Source of the DNA: Pyrinomonadaceae bacterium
GTDB taxonomy: Bacteria > Acidobacteriota > Blastocatellia > Pyrinomonadales > Pyrinomonadaceae
Direction: 5' to 3'
DNA length: 64,000 nucleotides
Assembly: GCA_965214585.1 (NCBI GenBank)
Contig: OZ243957.1
Span: forward strand, 567,331-631,330
Shown here piece by piece: positions 27,836 through 37,692 of this stretch (the stretch's first letter is position 1; each line of letters opens with the position of its first letter). A program made the translations under genes and the position numbers. The notes below the pieces were generated by a model. The model did no database searches, was not told the DNA's origin, and saw only the letters and a program-made list of their open reading frames with translations.

Positions 27836-29140
27836 ATGACTGACGAAAAACTCGTTCGCGGCATCAGCCGTTGGGATTTGACGGCGATCACGATCAACAC
27901 GATTATCGGCGCGGGAATTTTCGGTCTGCCATCAAAAGTCGCCGCGCTGATCGGCACATACAGCCTCGTCGCGTTCGCCGTCTGCGCCGTGATTACGGCG
28001 TTTCTCGTAATTTGTTTTGCCGAAGTCGCCAGCCGTTTTCGCACAACCGGCGGAATGTATCTCTACGCGCACGAAGCGTTCGGCTCGCTCGCCGGTTTTG
28101 AAGTCGGCTGGCTTTACTGGGTCGTGCGCGTGACGACTTTCGCCGCCAACTGCAATTTACTGCTCGCTTATCTCGGTTTTTTCTACCCGTCGGCAAATGA
28201 AGGCGGCGTTCGCATTTTGCTGATCGCCGTAATAATTCTGGTAATAACGTGGGTAAATTTTATCGGCGTAAAAGAATCGGCGATTGTTACAAACATTTTT
28301 ACAGTCGGAAAAATCGTGCCTTTGCTGATTTTTGCACTTGTCGGGATGTTTTTCATTCAACCGGAAAATTTCAATTTTACCGCTTCGCCCGGATACGGAA
28401 ATTTTTCCGAAGCCGTTTTGATTTTAATTTACGCCTTCGTCGGCTTTGAAGCGGCGGTAATTCCGGCGGGCGAAACGAAAGACCCGCAAAAAAACGTCCC
28501 GTTCGCGCTTTTAACCGCGCTCGCAATTTGCGCCGTTTTGTATATTTTAATTCAAATCGTTTCCATCGGAACGCTGCCGAATTTAGCAAGTTCCGAACGC
28601 CCGATTGCCGATGCCGCAAGCATATTTCTCGGCACATTCGGCGCGTCATTTATTACAATCGGCGCGTTAATTTCGATTTTCGGCAACTTAAACGGCGGTT
28701 TTCTAACCGCTTCGCGCATCCCGTTTGCGATGGCGGAACACAGAGAACTTCCCCAAGTTTTGGCAAAAACGCACGACAAATTTAAAACGCCGTTCGTTTC
28801 CCTGTTTCTGACATCAATCGTAATTTTCATTTTCACCCTGCAAACATCGTTCATCGCCGCTTTAACAATCAGCACGATCACGCGCTTGATCGTCTATTCG
28901 ACAACCTGCGCCGCGCTGCCCGTTTTCCGCAACCGCGAAAACGCGCCGAAAGCCGAATTTCTCGTTCCGTTCGGCGTAATCGCTTCGATTTTATCTCTGA
29001 TTTTAGTCATTTGGCTGCTGACCAATGTTGATTTTCGCAAAGAAGGTCTGGCGATTTTAGCCGTCGCGCTCGTCGGTTTGGTTTTATATTTCGTCAACAA
29101 ATTTTTCAGTAATAAAGACGAAGAAATTGCCCGCGAATAA
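27836..29140 (+). CDS. APC-family amino acid permease
   Basis: 434 aa; ~12 TM helices; APC signature region GAGIFGLPSKVAALIGTYS. Confidence 0.75.
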   Translation: MTDEKLVRGISRWDLTAITINTIIGAGIFGLPSKVAALIGTYSLVAFAVCAVITAFLVICFAEVASRFRTTGGMYLYAHEAFGSLAGFEVGWLYWVVRVTTFAANCNLLLAYLGFFYPSANEGGVRILLIAVIILVITWVNFIGVKESAIVTNIFTVGKIVPLLIFALVGMFFIQPENFNFTASPGYGNFSEAVLILIYAFVGFEAAVIPAGETKDPQKNVPFALLTALAICAVLYILIQIVSIGTLPNLASSERPIADAASIFLGTFGASFITIGALISIFGNLNGGFLTASRIPFAMAEHRELPQVLAKTHDKFKTPFVSLFLTSIVIFIFTLQTSFIAALTISTITRLIVYSTTCAALPVFRNRENAPKAEFLVPFGVIASILSLILVIWLLTNVDFRKEGLAILAVALVGLVLYFVNKFFSNKDEEIARE

Positions 29141-29376
29141 ACGCGAATAAGCGCGAATAAGAAAAGAAATATTTAACAGGGATGAAGGGAATTAACGGGA
29201 TGGAAAATGATTCAAAATTCAAACTCAAAAAATCAAAAACTAAATCCTATAAAATAAAAATCCCTGTAAACCTCCTTCATCCCTGTTAAATATTTCTTAA
29301 AAATCTGTGTTTATCCGTATCTATCTGCGGCTAAAATTTCTTTTCTTATTCGCGCTTATTCGCGCCGATTCGCGGG
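29125..29376. repeat. nested palindromic element: outer ~40-bp inverted arms (cgcgaataa x3 tract) enclosing MITE-like family C copy 1 (29166-29297)
   Basis: gcccgcgaataaacgcgaataagcgcgaataagaaaagaaat vs atttcttttcttattcgcgcttattcgcgccgattcgcgggc; inner TIR tttaacagggatgaagg / ccttcatccctgttaaa. Confidence 0.8.
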
Positions 29377-29386
29377 CAAAATATCT

Positions 29387-30190
29387 TCATTTCAGACGAT
29401 AAACGCCAACTGACAATCTTTCCGCGAAACCTTCTTTGACTAATTGATGATTGGCTCGTCCCGCTTCCTTGCGCGTGATTCCGATTGCTTTGGCAAATTC
29501 GCCGCGAAGCGTTAAACCGCACATTTTGAGGAAAGCTTTGGCGAGTTCCAAAACGGCTTTTTCGCGTGAAACTTTTTTTGCGAGTTCGGCGGGAAAACGC
29601 GCCTCACTAAGCGTCCAGAGATATGTAAATTTCGGTTTATACAAAACTTCGTAAGGAATAACTTTCAACGCACGCTGTAATTTATCGAGTTCTTTCGTCA
29701 AATTCGCTTTCTTTTCGATCTTTGCATCTTCGCGCAAATCCGCCGTTGATGATTCCCATTCGCGCCGCAAAACTTTTAAAATTTTCTGTGCATCGTCCGA
29801 AAAAACTTCTTTTTCCTTTGATTTCGGAACGCCGTAAATCGCATTAAAGTAAGCAATCAAACGAGGCGCAACGAACATCGCGCGTCCCTTTACCAGTTTT
29901 GAATAATAAACTTTTCCGCCGCGCATCACCTCGTCTTTAAGCGTCCACGCCAAACTCATTTCGTAATCCTTCTGCACATTTCTCGGCGAATGCGCGTCGC
30001 GTCTGCCGCAAACGGCGATATAAACGCTCGGCAAATTCGTGCGCGAATCCGTGAGCGCGAGGCAAAATCCCAAATCTTCAACGAGCGTTTCGACCTGCGA
30101 AGCCGTTTCGATTTTCAAAATCTCCTCGCGCCGCCATTTTTTATCGCGGTAGTGGACAAATTCTTCGGGTAATTCAGTTATTATGCTCAT
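29387..30190 (-). CDS. hypothetical protein with C-terminal winged-helix-like segment
   Basis: 267 aa ORF in strong coding frame; C-terminal AKAIGITRKEAGRANHQLVKEGF resembles wHTH; no firm family call. Confidence 0.5.
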   Translation of the reverse strand: MSIITELPEEFVHYRDKKWRREEILKIETASQVETLVEDLGFCLALTDSRTNLPSVYIAVCGRRDAHSPRNVQKDYEMSLAWTLKDEVMRGGKVYYSKLVKGRAMFVAPRLIAYFNAIYGVPKSKEKEVFSDDAQKILKVLRREWESSTADLREDAKIEKKANLTKELDKLQRALKVIPYEVLYKPKFTYLWTLSEARFPAELAKKVSREKAVLELAKAFLKMCGLTLRGEFAKAIGITRKEAGRANHQLVKEGFAERLSVGVYRLK

Positions 30191-30378
30191 TTTTTTTATT
30201 TCTTAAATTGTTGATATTGATATATTGTTGAATTTGTCGGGTTATAATCAAGCGTGGAAATTGTTTTCAAAACGAAAAATCCGATTTTTGAAACTTACAA
30301 TATATGTTTTTTCGTTATATATTATGGGAAACATATTTCAAATTGTTTTTGAAATGCGCGTGGAACGGGAGATTTACA

Positions 30379-30942
30379 ATGTTTAATTCTCTGATAATTT
30401 TTTTGGCAGTCGGCGGACTCGGTTTCTTGTTTTTAGTCGTGTCGCTCATTCTCGGCGATTTGTTCGAGGCATTCGATCTTGATTTTGACGCGGATTTTGA
30501 CGCGGACGGCGGAATGGAGATTGGAATTCTCGACAGCCGCGTTATCAGCGTGTTTTTAACGGCTTTCGGATTCGTCGGCGCGGCGGCTTTGAAATTCGGT
30601 TTGACCGTTTTGGTCAGCACCGCGCTTGGCGTTGGAAGCGGGATTTTATTCGGCGCGTTGATTTTCGGATTCGGCTATCTGCTTCATACGCAGCAGGCTT
30701 CGAGTTCTGTTTCCGAAAGGGATTTGATCGGACGCACGGCAAAGGTCGTCGTCGCCATCAAACCCGGAACTGTCGGGCAGATTTCGTGTCGAATCGGCGA
30801 AGAAAGAGTCGAAAAACTGGCGAGAACGCGCAACGGCGAAGAATTAAAAGAAGGCGTGACGGTTTTTATCGAAGAAGCGGCGGGAAATTCGTTTATCGTC
30901 AGCAGTATGGAAAATCACGCGCTTTTATCTGATGAAATTTAG
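30379..30942 (+). CDS. NfeD-family membrane protein (short form) upstream of flotillin
   Basis: ATG at 30379 with GGGAG SD; N-terminal TM helices; C-terminal OB-fold-like segment; operon with SPFH gene. Confidence 0.65.
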   Translation: MFNSLIIFLAVGGLGFLFLVVSLILGDLFEAFDLDFDADFDADGGMEIGILDSRVISVFLTAFGFVGAAALKFGLTVLVSTALGVGSGILFGALIFGFGYLLHTQQASSSVSERDLIGRTAKVVVAIKPGTVGQISCRIGEERVEKLARTRNGEELKEGVTVFIEEAAGNSFIVSSMENHALLSDEI

Positions 30943-30949
30943 AGCAAAA

Positions 30950-31059
30950 TGACTGGAGCGCGGGGCGTTCCCGCTTGCAATGAGCGCGTAGCGCGAAAAA
31001 ATGTTTGATTATTAGAATTTCCAGTTATTAACGTCTGTTTTGCCGCTCGCGCTCCAGTC
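30950..31059. repeat. MITE-like repeat family B copy 2 (TIR gactggagcgc / gcgctccagtc)
   Basis: shares gactggagcgc...cgcttgcaatgagcgc...gcgaaaaaatgtttgattat with 10179-10360. Confidence 0.75.
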
Positions 31060-31154
31060 GTTTTTCAAAGTTATAAAAGTTTTCTTACAGGAAAAGGCGT
31101 TTGCGCCTAGAGGTTCTGACTTGCAAACCGCAAGTTTAATTTGAGGTAAATAAA

Positions 31155-32846
31155 ATGTTTGAATTTGGAATTTTCGCGCTCGTCGCAATTGCTGCCGTAG
31201 TGCTTGCCTTAGTTGCCGCGTTTTGGATTATCAGCGGCTATTATATAAAAGTTTCGCCGAACAAAGCGGCGGTAATTTCAGGTAAAAAACGGAAATTAGC
31301 CGACGGCACGACTGTCGGTTATCGGCTTGTGCGCGGCGGCGCGACGCTTGTTAAACCGTTTCTCGAAAAGGTCGAATATCTGGATTTGAATGTTATCACC
31401 GTTCCGCTTTCGACGAATCGCGCCTACACGGTCGAAGGCGTTCCCGTTTCGGTCAAAGCCGTCGCCAACGTCAAAATTAAAGGCGATGATACTTCCCTAC
31501 GTTCAGCGGCTGAGAGATTTCTCGGAATGAGCGATAACGAATTTCACCAACTCGTTTTTCAAACGCTCGAAGGTCATCTTCGCGCGATTTTGGGAACTTT
31601 GACGGTTGAGGAAATTAACAATGACCGCTTGAGTTTCGCGCAGAAACTGACAACGGAAGCGGCGGGCGATTTAGAAAAAATGGGAATCGGTCTGGACGCT
31701 CTGACGATTCAGGAAATTTCCGACGACGAAGGTTATTTGGACGCGCTCGGCAAACGTAGAACGGCGGAAGTCAAGCGCGATGCCGAGATCGGACAGGCGG
31801 AAGCGAACCGCGATTCAAAAATCAAAGCGTCGCTCGCGCTGCAGGAAGGCGAAAAAGTGCGGCTTGAAACTGAGGCGTTGATCGCGCAATCGAACCGCGA
31901 AACGGAAATTCAAAAAGCGCAGGTTGCGGCGGAAATTGAAAAGGAACGCGCCCGCGCCAGACAAGCCGGACCGCTTTCCGAAGCGCAGGCGAAACAGGAA
32001 GTTGTCGCCGAAGAAGTCCGCATCGAAAGAATTCGCACGCAAGAGCAGATCGCCGTTCAGGAACAGGAAGTTTTGCGGAAGGAAAAAGAACTCGAAGCGA
32101 CGGTTGTGAAACAAGCCGAAGCCGAAAGAACCGCGTCGGTTTTGCGGGCGCGTGGCGAACAGGAAGCGCAGATTCTGCAAGCCGAAGGTCGCAAACAGGC
32201 GGAAATTGCCAACGCCGAAGCCGAAGCGCAAAAATTACAGCGCGAAGGCGAAGGTCGCGCAAAAGCCGTCGAAGCCGAAGGTCGCGCCGAAGCGGAAAGA
32301 GTTCGCGCGTTAGGTTTGGCGCAAGCCGAACAATTGCAAGCGAAAGGCTTGGCGGAAGCGAAAGCGACGGAAGCGCAGGGACTTGCGGAAGCAAAGGCGA
32401 TTATGGAAAAAGCGGCGGCGTGGCGCGAATTTAACGATGCGGCGCGATTGCAGACGATTCTCGAAAAACTGCCCGAAATCATCGAATCTTCCGCGCCCGT
32501 TTTTCAAGCAATTGCCGAACCACTCGGCTCGATTGATAAAGTCGTAATGATCGAAAACGGAAACGGAAACGGCGATAATAAAAGTTCGGGTTTGAACAAA
32601 TTTGCCCAAACGAGTCCGAATCTGATTTTCGGTCTTTTGCAGCAAATGCAGGCACTCGGTTTGAGTTTGCCCGATGTTTTAGCGCAACTCGGAATTGAGC
32701 AGAAGGACGGCAAATTAGGTCTTGCGTCAAACGGCGAAGCGGAAAAAAATGTTTCGCCCAAGGAAAAACCCGTCGTTTCGTCGAATACGGAAAATGGCAA
32801 AGCGCGGATCATCGAAAAAACCGACGGCAAAGAAGAAAATATTTAA
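31155..32846 (+). CDS. flotillin-like SPFH/Band-7 protein (FloT/YuaG-like) with long Ala/Glu-rich coiled coil
   Basis: 563 aa; N-terminal TM; SPFH domain; EA-rich repeats (AEAKAxEAQGLAEAKA). Confidence 0.8.
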   Translation: MFEFGIFALVAIAAVVLALVAAFWIISGYYIKVSPNKAAVISGKKRKLADGTTVGYRLVRGGATLVKPFLEKVEYLDLNVITVPLSTNRAYTVEGVPVSVKAVANVKIKGDDTSLRSAAERFLGMSDNEFHQLVFQTLEGHLRAILGTLTVEEINNDRLSFAQKLTTEAAGDLEKMGIGLDALTIQEISDDEGYLDALGKRRTAEVKRDAEIGQAEANRDSKIKASLALQEGEKVRLETEALIAQSNRETEIQKAQVAAEIEKERARARQAGPLSEAQAKQEVVAEEVRIERIRTQEQIAVQEQEVLRKEKELEATVVKQAEAERTASVLRARGEQEAQILQAEGRKQAEIANAEAEAQKLQREGEGRAKAVEAEGRAEAERVRALGLAQAEQLQAKGLAEAKATEAQGLAEAKAIMEKAAAWREFNDAARLQTILEKLPEIIESSAPVFQAIAEPLGSIDKVVMIENGNGNGDNKSSGLNKFAQTSPNLIFGLLQQMQALGLSLPDVLAQLGIEQKDGKLGLASNGEAEKNVSPKEKPVVSSNTENGKARIIEKTDGKEENI

Positions 32847-32950
32847 CAGGGATAAAGGAGATGAATGGGATGAGAAAAAGTTAAAAATCAAAAATTTTAG
32901 ATTTAACTTTCATCCCTGTTCATCTCCTTTATCCCTGTTAAATGTTTCTT
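32838..32950. repeat. MITE-like repeat family C copy 2
   Basis: atatttaacagggataaaggag...ctcctttatccctgttaaatgtttc; begins within the last codons/stop of the flotillin gene. Confidence 0.75.
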
Positions 32951-33128
32951 ATTATCTGTATAAATTTGTGCATATTATCTGCGGCAGAAATTCCTGCATT
33001 TAATTTCGCGGTTATTCGCGGGCAATTTCTTATTTCTGTTAATGTATAAAGAAAAGGCGGGCTGCAATGCTCGCCTTTTCTTTATGCCTTCGCTTCGTGT
33101 AAAATTTATAGTTCGCTTTAACGGAAAA

Positions 33129-34409
33129 ATGAAAGAGAATATAAAAACAACACGGCTCGAAAACGGCTTGACGATTATCACGGAAAAAATGCCAGACGTG
33201 CGAAGCGCGACGCTCGGATTTTGGTTTAAGAAAGGCTCGCGCGACGAACCTGCGAATTTGAACGGCATTTGCCATTTTATCGAACACGCCGTTTTCAAAG
33301 GGACGCAAAAACGCAACGCGCTCGACATTGCCGTTGAATCCGACCGGCTCGGCGGAAATCTCAACGCTTTTACGTCGCACGAAGAAACCGCTTTTTTGAT
33401 AAAAGTCGTGGACAAAAAGATCGCGCCCGCCTTTGATTTGATCGCCGATATGCTCGCCAATCCGATTTTTGGCGAAAAGGAAATGCGACGCGAGCGCGGC
33501 GTTATTTTGGAAGAAATAAAAATGGTCGAAGACACGCCCGAAGAACTTTTGACCGAACTTTTTCTGCGCGATTTTTTCCCCTCTCACGCCATCGGCTTGC
33601 CGATTGAAGGCACAAGAAAAACCGTCAAAACCTTCAAAAGCGAAGTTGCCGCCGAATTTCATCGGGAAAATTACACATCTGAAAATCTAGTCATAACTTG
33701 CGCGGGAAATGTTTCGCATAAGGAAATCGTCGAACTTGCCGAAAAGAATTTTGTAAAAAACACAAAAGCCAAAAACCAAAAGCCAAAAACCAAAGACCAA
33801 AAGCCAAATGTTTCAAATCCGATTTTGCTCAAAAAAAAATCAAATCTCGAACAAGCGCACTTGATAATCGCCGTTCCGTGGATAAAATCAAGCGACGAAA
33901 AACGCTACGCTGCATCGCTTTTGACGAGCATTTTAGGCGACGGAAATTCTTCGCGCCTTTGGCAAAACGTCCGCGAAAAACGCGGTTTAGCATATTCCGT
34001 CGGCGCAAGCGGTGATTCGTTTGACGATTGCGGAGTTTTCTCGATCTACGCCGGAACTTCGCCCGAAAAACTCGCGGAAGTCATTGATTTATCAATCGGC
34101 GAAATGCGGAAAATAAAAAAATTCGGCGTTGCTGTCAACGAATTAGATTTAGCAAAAGAACAAACTGTTGCTTCGATCTTATTGAGTTTAGAATCGAGTT
34201 CCGCCCGCGCCGAAAATCTCGCGCACAATGAAATCGTTCACGGCAGACAAATTCCCGTCGAAGAAACTTTGCGAAAGATCGAAAATGTGGAAATTGAAGA
34301 AATCCAAGCAATTGCCGAAGAATTTTTCCAAACTGAGAAAATCGCGCTCGCGTGTTTAGGAAACTTGAACGGCTTGAAAATTAAAAGAGAAAGATTGGAC
34401 GTTTCATAA
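33129..34409 (+). CDS. M16-family zinc metallopeptidase (single unit)
   Basis: Start at MKENIKTTRLENGL (ORF extends to 33042); inverted zinc motif HFIEHAVFKG. Confidence 0.75.
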   Translation: MKENIKTTRLENGLTIITEKMPDVRSATLGFWFKKGSRDEPANLNGICHFIEHAVFKGTQKRNALDIAVESDRLGGNLNAFTSHEETAFLIKVVDKKIAPAFDLIADMLANPIFGEKEMRRERGVILEEIKMVEDTPEELLTELFLRDFFPSHAIGLPIEGTRKTVKTFKSEVAAEFHRENYTSENLVITCAGNVSHKEIVELAEKNFVKNTKAKNQKPKTKDQKPNVSNPILLKKKSNLEQAHLIIAVPWIKSSDEKRYAASLLTSILGDGNSSRLWQNVREKRGLAYSVGASGDSFDDCGVFSIYAGTSPEKLAEVIDLSIGEMRKIKKFGVAVNELDLAKEQTVASILLSLESSSARAENLAHNEIVHGRQIPVEETLRKIENVEIEEIQAIAEEFFQTEKIALACLGNLNGLKIKRERLDVS

Positions 34410-34410
34410 A

Positions 34411-34962
34411 ATGAGAGAAGAAATCAAAGGCGAAAAAATTATTCTGCGAAAGTATGAAAGCGATTTCGCGCCGCTTTTGTTTGAAGCCGCGCTCGAATCG
34501 CAGGGCGGAGAATTTACACATTGGATGCCTTGGTGTCACAAAGATTATGCGATCAAAGACAGCGAATCTTTTCTCAAAGAGTCTGCTGAGAATTGGAAAG
34601 AAGAAACGCAGTTTGCCTTTGCGATTTTCGATGCGGAAACAGACGAATTTCTCGGCGGCATCGGACTAAATCAGCCGAATACGGTTCACAGAATGTTCAA
34701 TCTCGGTTATTGGGTTCGCACGTCTTGCCAAAAACGCGGAATTGCAAGCACGGCGACTAGACTTTTGGCGCAGGCGGCGTTTGAAGATTTAATTATCAAC
34801 CGCATCGAAATTTTAACGGCGGTTGAAAATAAACCGAGCCAAAAAGTCGCCGAAAACGCGGGCGCGGTTCGTGAAGGAATTCAGCGCAAACGCCTTGTTA
34901 TCGGCGACAAAATTCACGATGCGGTGATTTTTTCTTTAATTAGAGAAGATTTTGAAAGCTAG
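34411..34962 (+). CDS. GNAT-family N-acetyltransferase (RimJ/RimL-like)
   Basis: 183 aa; GNAT acetyl-CoA motif region QKRGIASTATRLLAQAAFEDL. Confidence 0.7.
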   Translation: MREEIKGEKIILRKYESDFAPLLFEAALESQGGEFTHWMPWCHKDYAIKDSESFLKESAENWKEETQFAFAIFDAETDEFLGGIGLNQPNTVHRMFNLGYWVRTSCQKRGIASTATRLLAQAAFEDLIINRIEILTAVENKPSQKVAENAGAVREGIQRKRLVIGDKIHDAVIFSLIREDFES

Positions 34963-34985
34963 GGCGGATTTAGATTGATTGTAGA

Positions 34986-35160
34986 GTCAGTAGCGTCGGC
35001 GTGAGCCGACGCGTTTTGTGCAGACAAACATTGACCAATCGGCTCACCTCGGACGCTGCTGACAATTTATTCCTTTTATAAACTGCTCTAATTAGGCATT
35101 AGGCATCAGGCATTGATAATTATGTCACGATAAAAAACATCTAAAATATGCTGATTGTAA
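34986..35160. repeat. repeat family A copy 2 (34986-35063, imperfect arms) followed by family F copy (35085-35160)
   Basis: gtcagtagcgtcggcgtgagccgacgcg ... aatcggctcacctcggacgctgctgac; aggcattgataattatgtcacgataaaaaacatctaaaata. Confidence 0.65.
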
Positions 35161-35185
35161 ACCTTATATCAATTCTTAATTCGCT

Positions 35186-35890
35186 CTAATTTTTATAAGC
35201 AATCGGATCAATCGCGCCCGCCTTTTCAAATCCGCGCAGCCGCAAAGCGCACGAATCGCAAGTTCCGCAGGCTAAATCTTCGCTGCGGTAACACGACCAA
35301 CTCAAATGAATCGGCGCGTTCAATTCCAAGCCTTTCCGCACGATCTCGGCTTTTGAAAGATGAATAATCGGCGTTTCAATTTTTATATTCGTGTCGGGTT
35401 TTGTTCCCGTTTCGATAGTTTTCTCAAATGCGGCGTAAAATTCGGGACGACAATCTGGATAACCTGACGAATCTTCGGCAACCGCGCCGATGTAAATTGC
35501 ATTTGCCTTTAAGACTTCCGCCCAACTCGTCGCAATTGAAAGCATATTTGCATTGCGAAACGGCACATAACTCGTTGGAATTTCCTTCGACTGCAAATCC
35601 GCTTCCGAAACTTCGATTGCTTTATCAGTTAATGAAGAACCGCCGATTTTCGCTAAATATTCAATCGAAACATCGAGCCGTTTTTCAACATTATAAAAAT
35701 CCGCGATGTCGTTAAATGATTTTCGCTCCCGCTTTTCGGTTAATTGCCCGTAAGAAATGTGCAGAAACGCGATTTCGCCCGTTTCTTCTTTAGCAATTGC
35801 GGCGGTTACGCACGAATCCATTCCGCCCGAAACCAGAACGATTGCGGATTGCGAAGTGAAATTTGCGGATTTGTTTTCGGAATTTATCAA
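35186..35890 (-). CDS. queC: 7-cyano-7-deazaguanine synthase
   Basis: 234 aa; PP-loop SGGMDS; C-terminal zinc-binding CxxC...CxxC (CGTCDSCALR). Confidence 0.85.
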   Translation of the reverse strand: MINSENKSANFTSQSAIVLVSGGMDSCVTAAIAKEETGEIAFLHISYGQLTEKRERKSFNDIADFYNVEKRLDVSIEYLAKIGGSSLTDKAIEVSEADLQSKEIPTSYVPFRNANMLSIATSWAEVLKANAIYIGAVAEDSSGYPDCRPEFYAAFEKTIETGTKPDTNIKIETPIIHLSKAEIVRKGLELNAPIHLSWSCYRSEDLACGTCDSCALRLRGFEKAGAIDPIAYKN

Positions 35891-35892
35891 AC

Positions 35893-36516
35893 TTATGCGA
35901 CTTTTTTGATCTGTTCGGAATATTCTGAAATTTTCTTGACGGCTTTTTCCTTTTTGCCGACATTCTTAATGTTTTGAGCAATGTTAAATGCTTTCTTGAT
36001 TTTACCGTCAGTTGCAAAAACTTCGGCGATTTCCGCCAAGACACTTGAGCAATCTATTCTATTTTGAAGGTTTTCAGAATTTTCGCCGTTTTGAGCAATT
36101 GAAATCGCTTTTTTCCAAACTTCATCGGCTTTGAAAAGGGCGTTATTTTTTCGGAGCGATTTGGCGATATTATGTAAAAGTTCGGCTTGCTGCCAAGCGG
36201 CGAGATTTTCGTTTTCGCCGTTGTGTTCGGCTTCGGAAAAAACAAATAACGCGCGTTCGAGATGTCCGATTTCCGCCATTTTATCGGCAATTGTCCGCAA
36301 CGCTTCGCTTTTTTCGTAGCTTGCCGAAATCAATTGAGCAATCCCGTGTGCCTTTTGCCAGTCATCATTTTTTAATAACCATTCGATAATTTCAAATAAC
36401 TGCAAATCTCTATCTTCTTCATCTTTTATCGCCAAAGCCAGACTGACAATTTTAAAACTATTTTGATAATTGTCTGCTTGTAAAAGTCTTTCGATTTTTT
36501 CCACTTCGCTGTTCAT
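35893..36516 (-). CDS. hypothetical protein (alpha-helical repeat-like)
   Basis: 207 aa ORF between queC and queE; no recognisable catalytic motifs. Confidence 0.5.
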   Translation of the reverse strand: MNSEVEKIERLLQADNYQNSFKIVSLALAIKDEEDRDLQLFEIIEWLLKNDDWQKAHGIAQLISASYEKSEALRTIADKMAEIGHLERALFVFSEAEHNGENENLAAWQQAELLHNIAKSLRKNNALFKADEVWKKAISIAQNGENSENLQNRIDCSSVLAEIAEVFATDGKIKKAFNIAQNIKNVGKKEKAVKKISEYSEQIKKVA

Positions 36517-36521
36517 AATTT

Positions 36522-36839
36522 CTATTTAAGCACATTTTTTGCATATTTTGACAGTAATTTTTTAGTTTCCGCAACATCTAAATTTGGAAAACGCAAAGAC
36601 CAATGACCTTCGCCAAATTGCGGAGTAAATTCGGCAATACCGTTTTTCAATAAAGGCTCAATAATTTCGGCAATCGTTCCTTCAGTTTTCTCGCCTTCGT
36701 ATTTTGCTTGAATTTCAAGATTGAATTTATAATCAGGCAAAGGATTTTCAAAAACTGAAACGCCGTCTTCGTCAACACGAAATGCTCCCGGATTTGTGCC
36801 GTTCAAGCCGCGATAAAGAACGAGAGTGATTTTATTCAC
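36522..36839 (-). CDS. hypothetical protein occupying the usual queD position (not QueD-like)
   Basis: 105 aa; lacks QueD CxxxHGH zinc motif. Confidence 0.45.
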   Translation of the reverse strand: MNKITLVLYRGLNGTNPGAFRVDEDGVSVFENPLPDYKFNLEIQAKYEGEKTEGTIAEIIEPLLKNGIAEFTPQFGEGHWSLRFPNLDVAETKKLLSKYAKNVLK

Positions 36840-36842
36840 AAA

Positions 36843-37490
36843 TCAAACTCCGTGAACATTCGCGCCCCAAATGTATTTGTGAAGCTGCAAATTAAGCCGA
36901 ACTTTCAAACCGCTTCGCGCCACAGTTTCAGCAATTTTCTGCAAATTTTCAATGCCGAAAATCGGCGAAATTAAAATCTCTTTTGCGCGATTTTCCAAAT
37001 CATATTTTTCGATGATTTCTTTGGCAAATTCCCAATCGTTCAGATCGGCGATAACGAATTTTACTTCGTCTTTTTCCCCGTTCAATCTTTCCAGATTCGC
37101 CCAATGATTTCTTTCGGATTCGCCCGACGCGGGACATTTTACGTCCAAAATTATCTTCGCACGTTCGTCAACTTTTTCGGTTGACATAAACCCGCCAGTT
37201 TCGATCAAGACTTCATAATCTTTATCCAAAAGCTCGGAGATAAAAGGAAAAACATTTTTCTGCGCGAGCGGTTCGCCGCCTGTAACTTCGACCAAATCGC
37301 AGCCGAATTCTTCTAATTTTGCAAAAATCGCTTCAAACGAAATCCGCTCGCCGCCCGTAAAAGTGTATTCCGAATCGCACCAAACGCAGCGCATCGGGCA
37401 GCCCGTCAAACGCACAAAACTGCAAGGTCGTCCGGCGTGCGACGATTCGCCTTGGATTGATAAGAAGATTTCGGTAATTCGCAAATCCAT
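36843..37490 (-). CDS. queE: 7-carboxy-7-deazaguanine synthase (radical SAM)
   Basis: 215 aa; radical-SAM cluster motif CPMRCVWC. Confidence 0.85.
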   Translation of the reverse strand: MDLRITEIFLSIQGESSHAGRPCSFVRLTGCPMRCVWCDSEYTFTGGERISFEAIFAKLEEFGCDLVEVTGGEPLAQKNVFPFISELLDKDYEVLIETGGFMSTEKVDERAKIILDVKCPASGESERNHWANLERLNGEKDEVKFVIADLNDWEFAKEIIEKYDLENRAKEILISPIFGIENLQKIAETVARSGLKVRLNLQLHKYIWGANVHGV

Positions 37491-37492
37491 AA

Positions 37493-37630
37493 GAAATAAT
37501 TTTAACAGGGATGAAGGAGATAGTCAGGGATTGGAAGAAAATTTTATCGTCGGGACAAAACCCGAATCAAAATCCAATTCATTCGTTTATCCTCTTTATC
37601 GCCTCCATCCCTGTTAAAATTATTTCTTCC
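37493..37630. repeat. MITE-like repeat family C copy 3
   Basis: tttaacagggatgaaggagat...cctccatccctgttaaaattatttc immediately upstream of queE. Confidence 0.75.
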
Positions 37631-37692
37631 CCGTCTTTGCGCCTTTGCAACTTTGCGTTAAACTTTTGTTAATTCAAACAGGAGCAAATTTT

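Noticed and set aside
31815-32830. Multiple long Arg/Ala/Leu-rich ORFs on both strands within the flotillin gene
   Set aside because: They are produced by the GC-rich GAAGC-type codon repeats of the EA-rich coiled coil and have no independent coding support.
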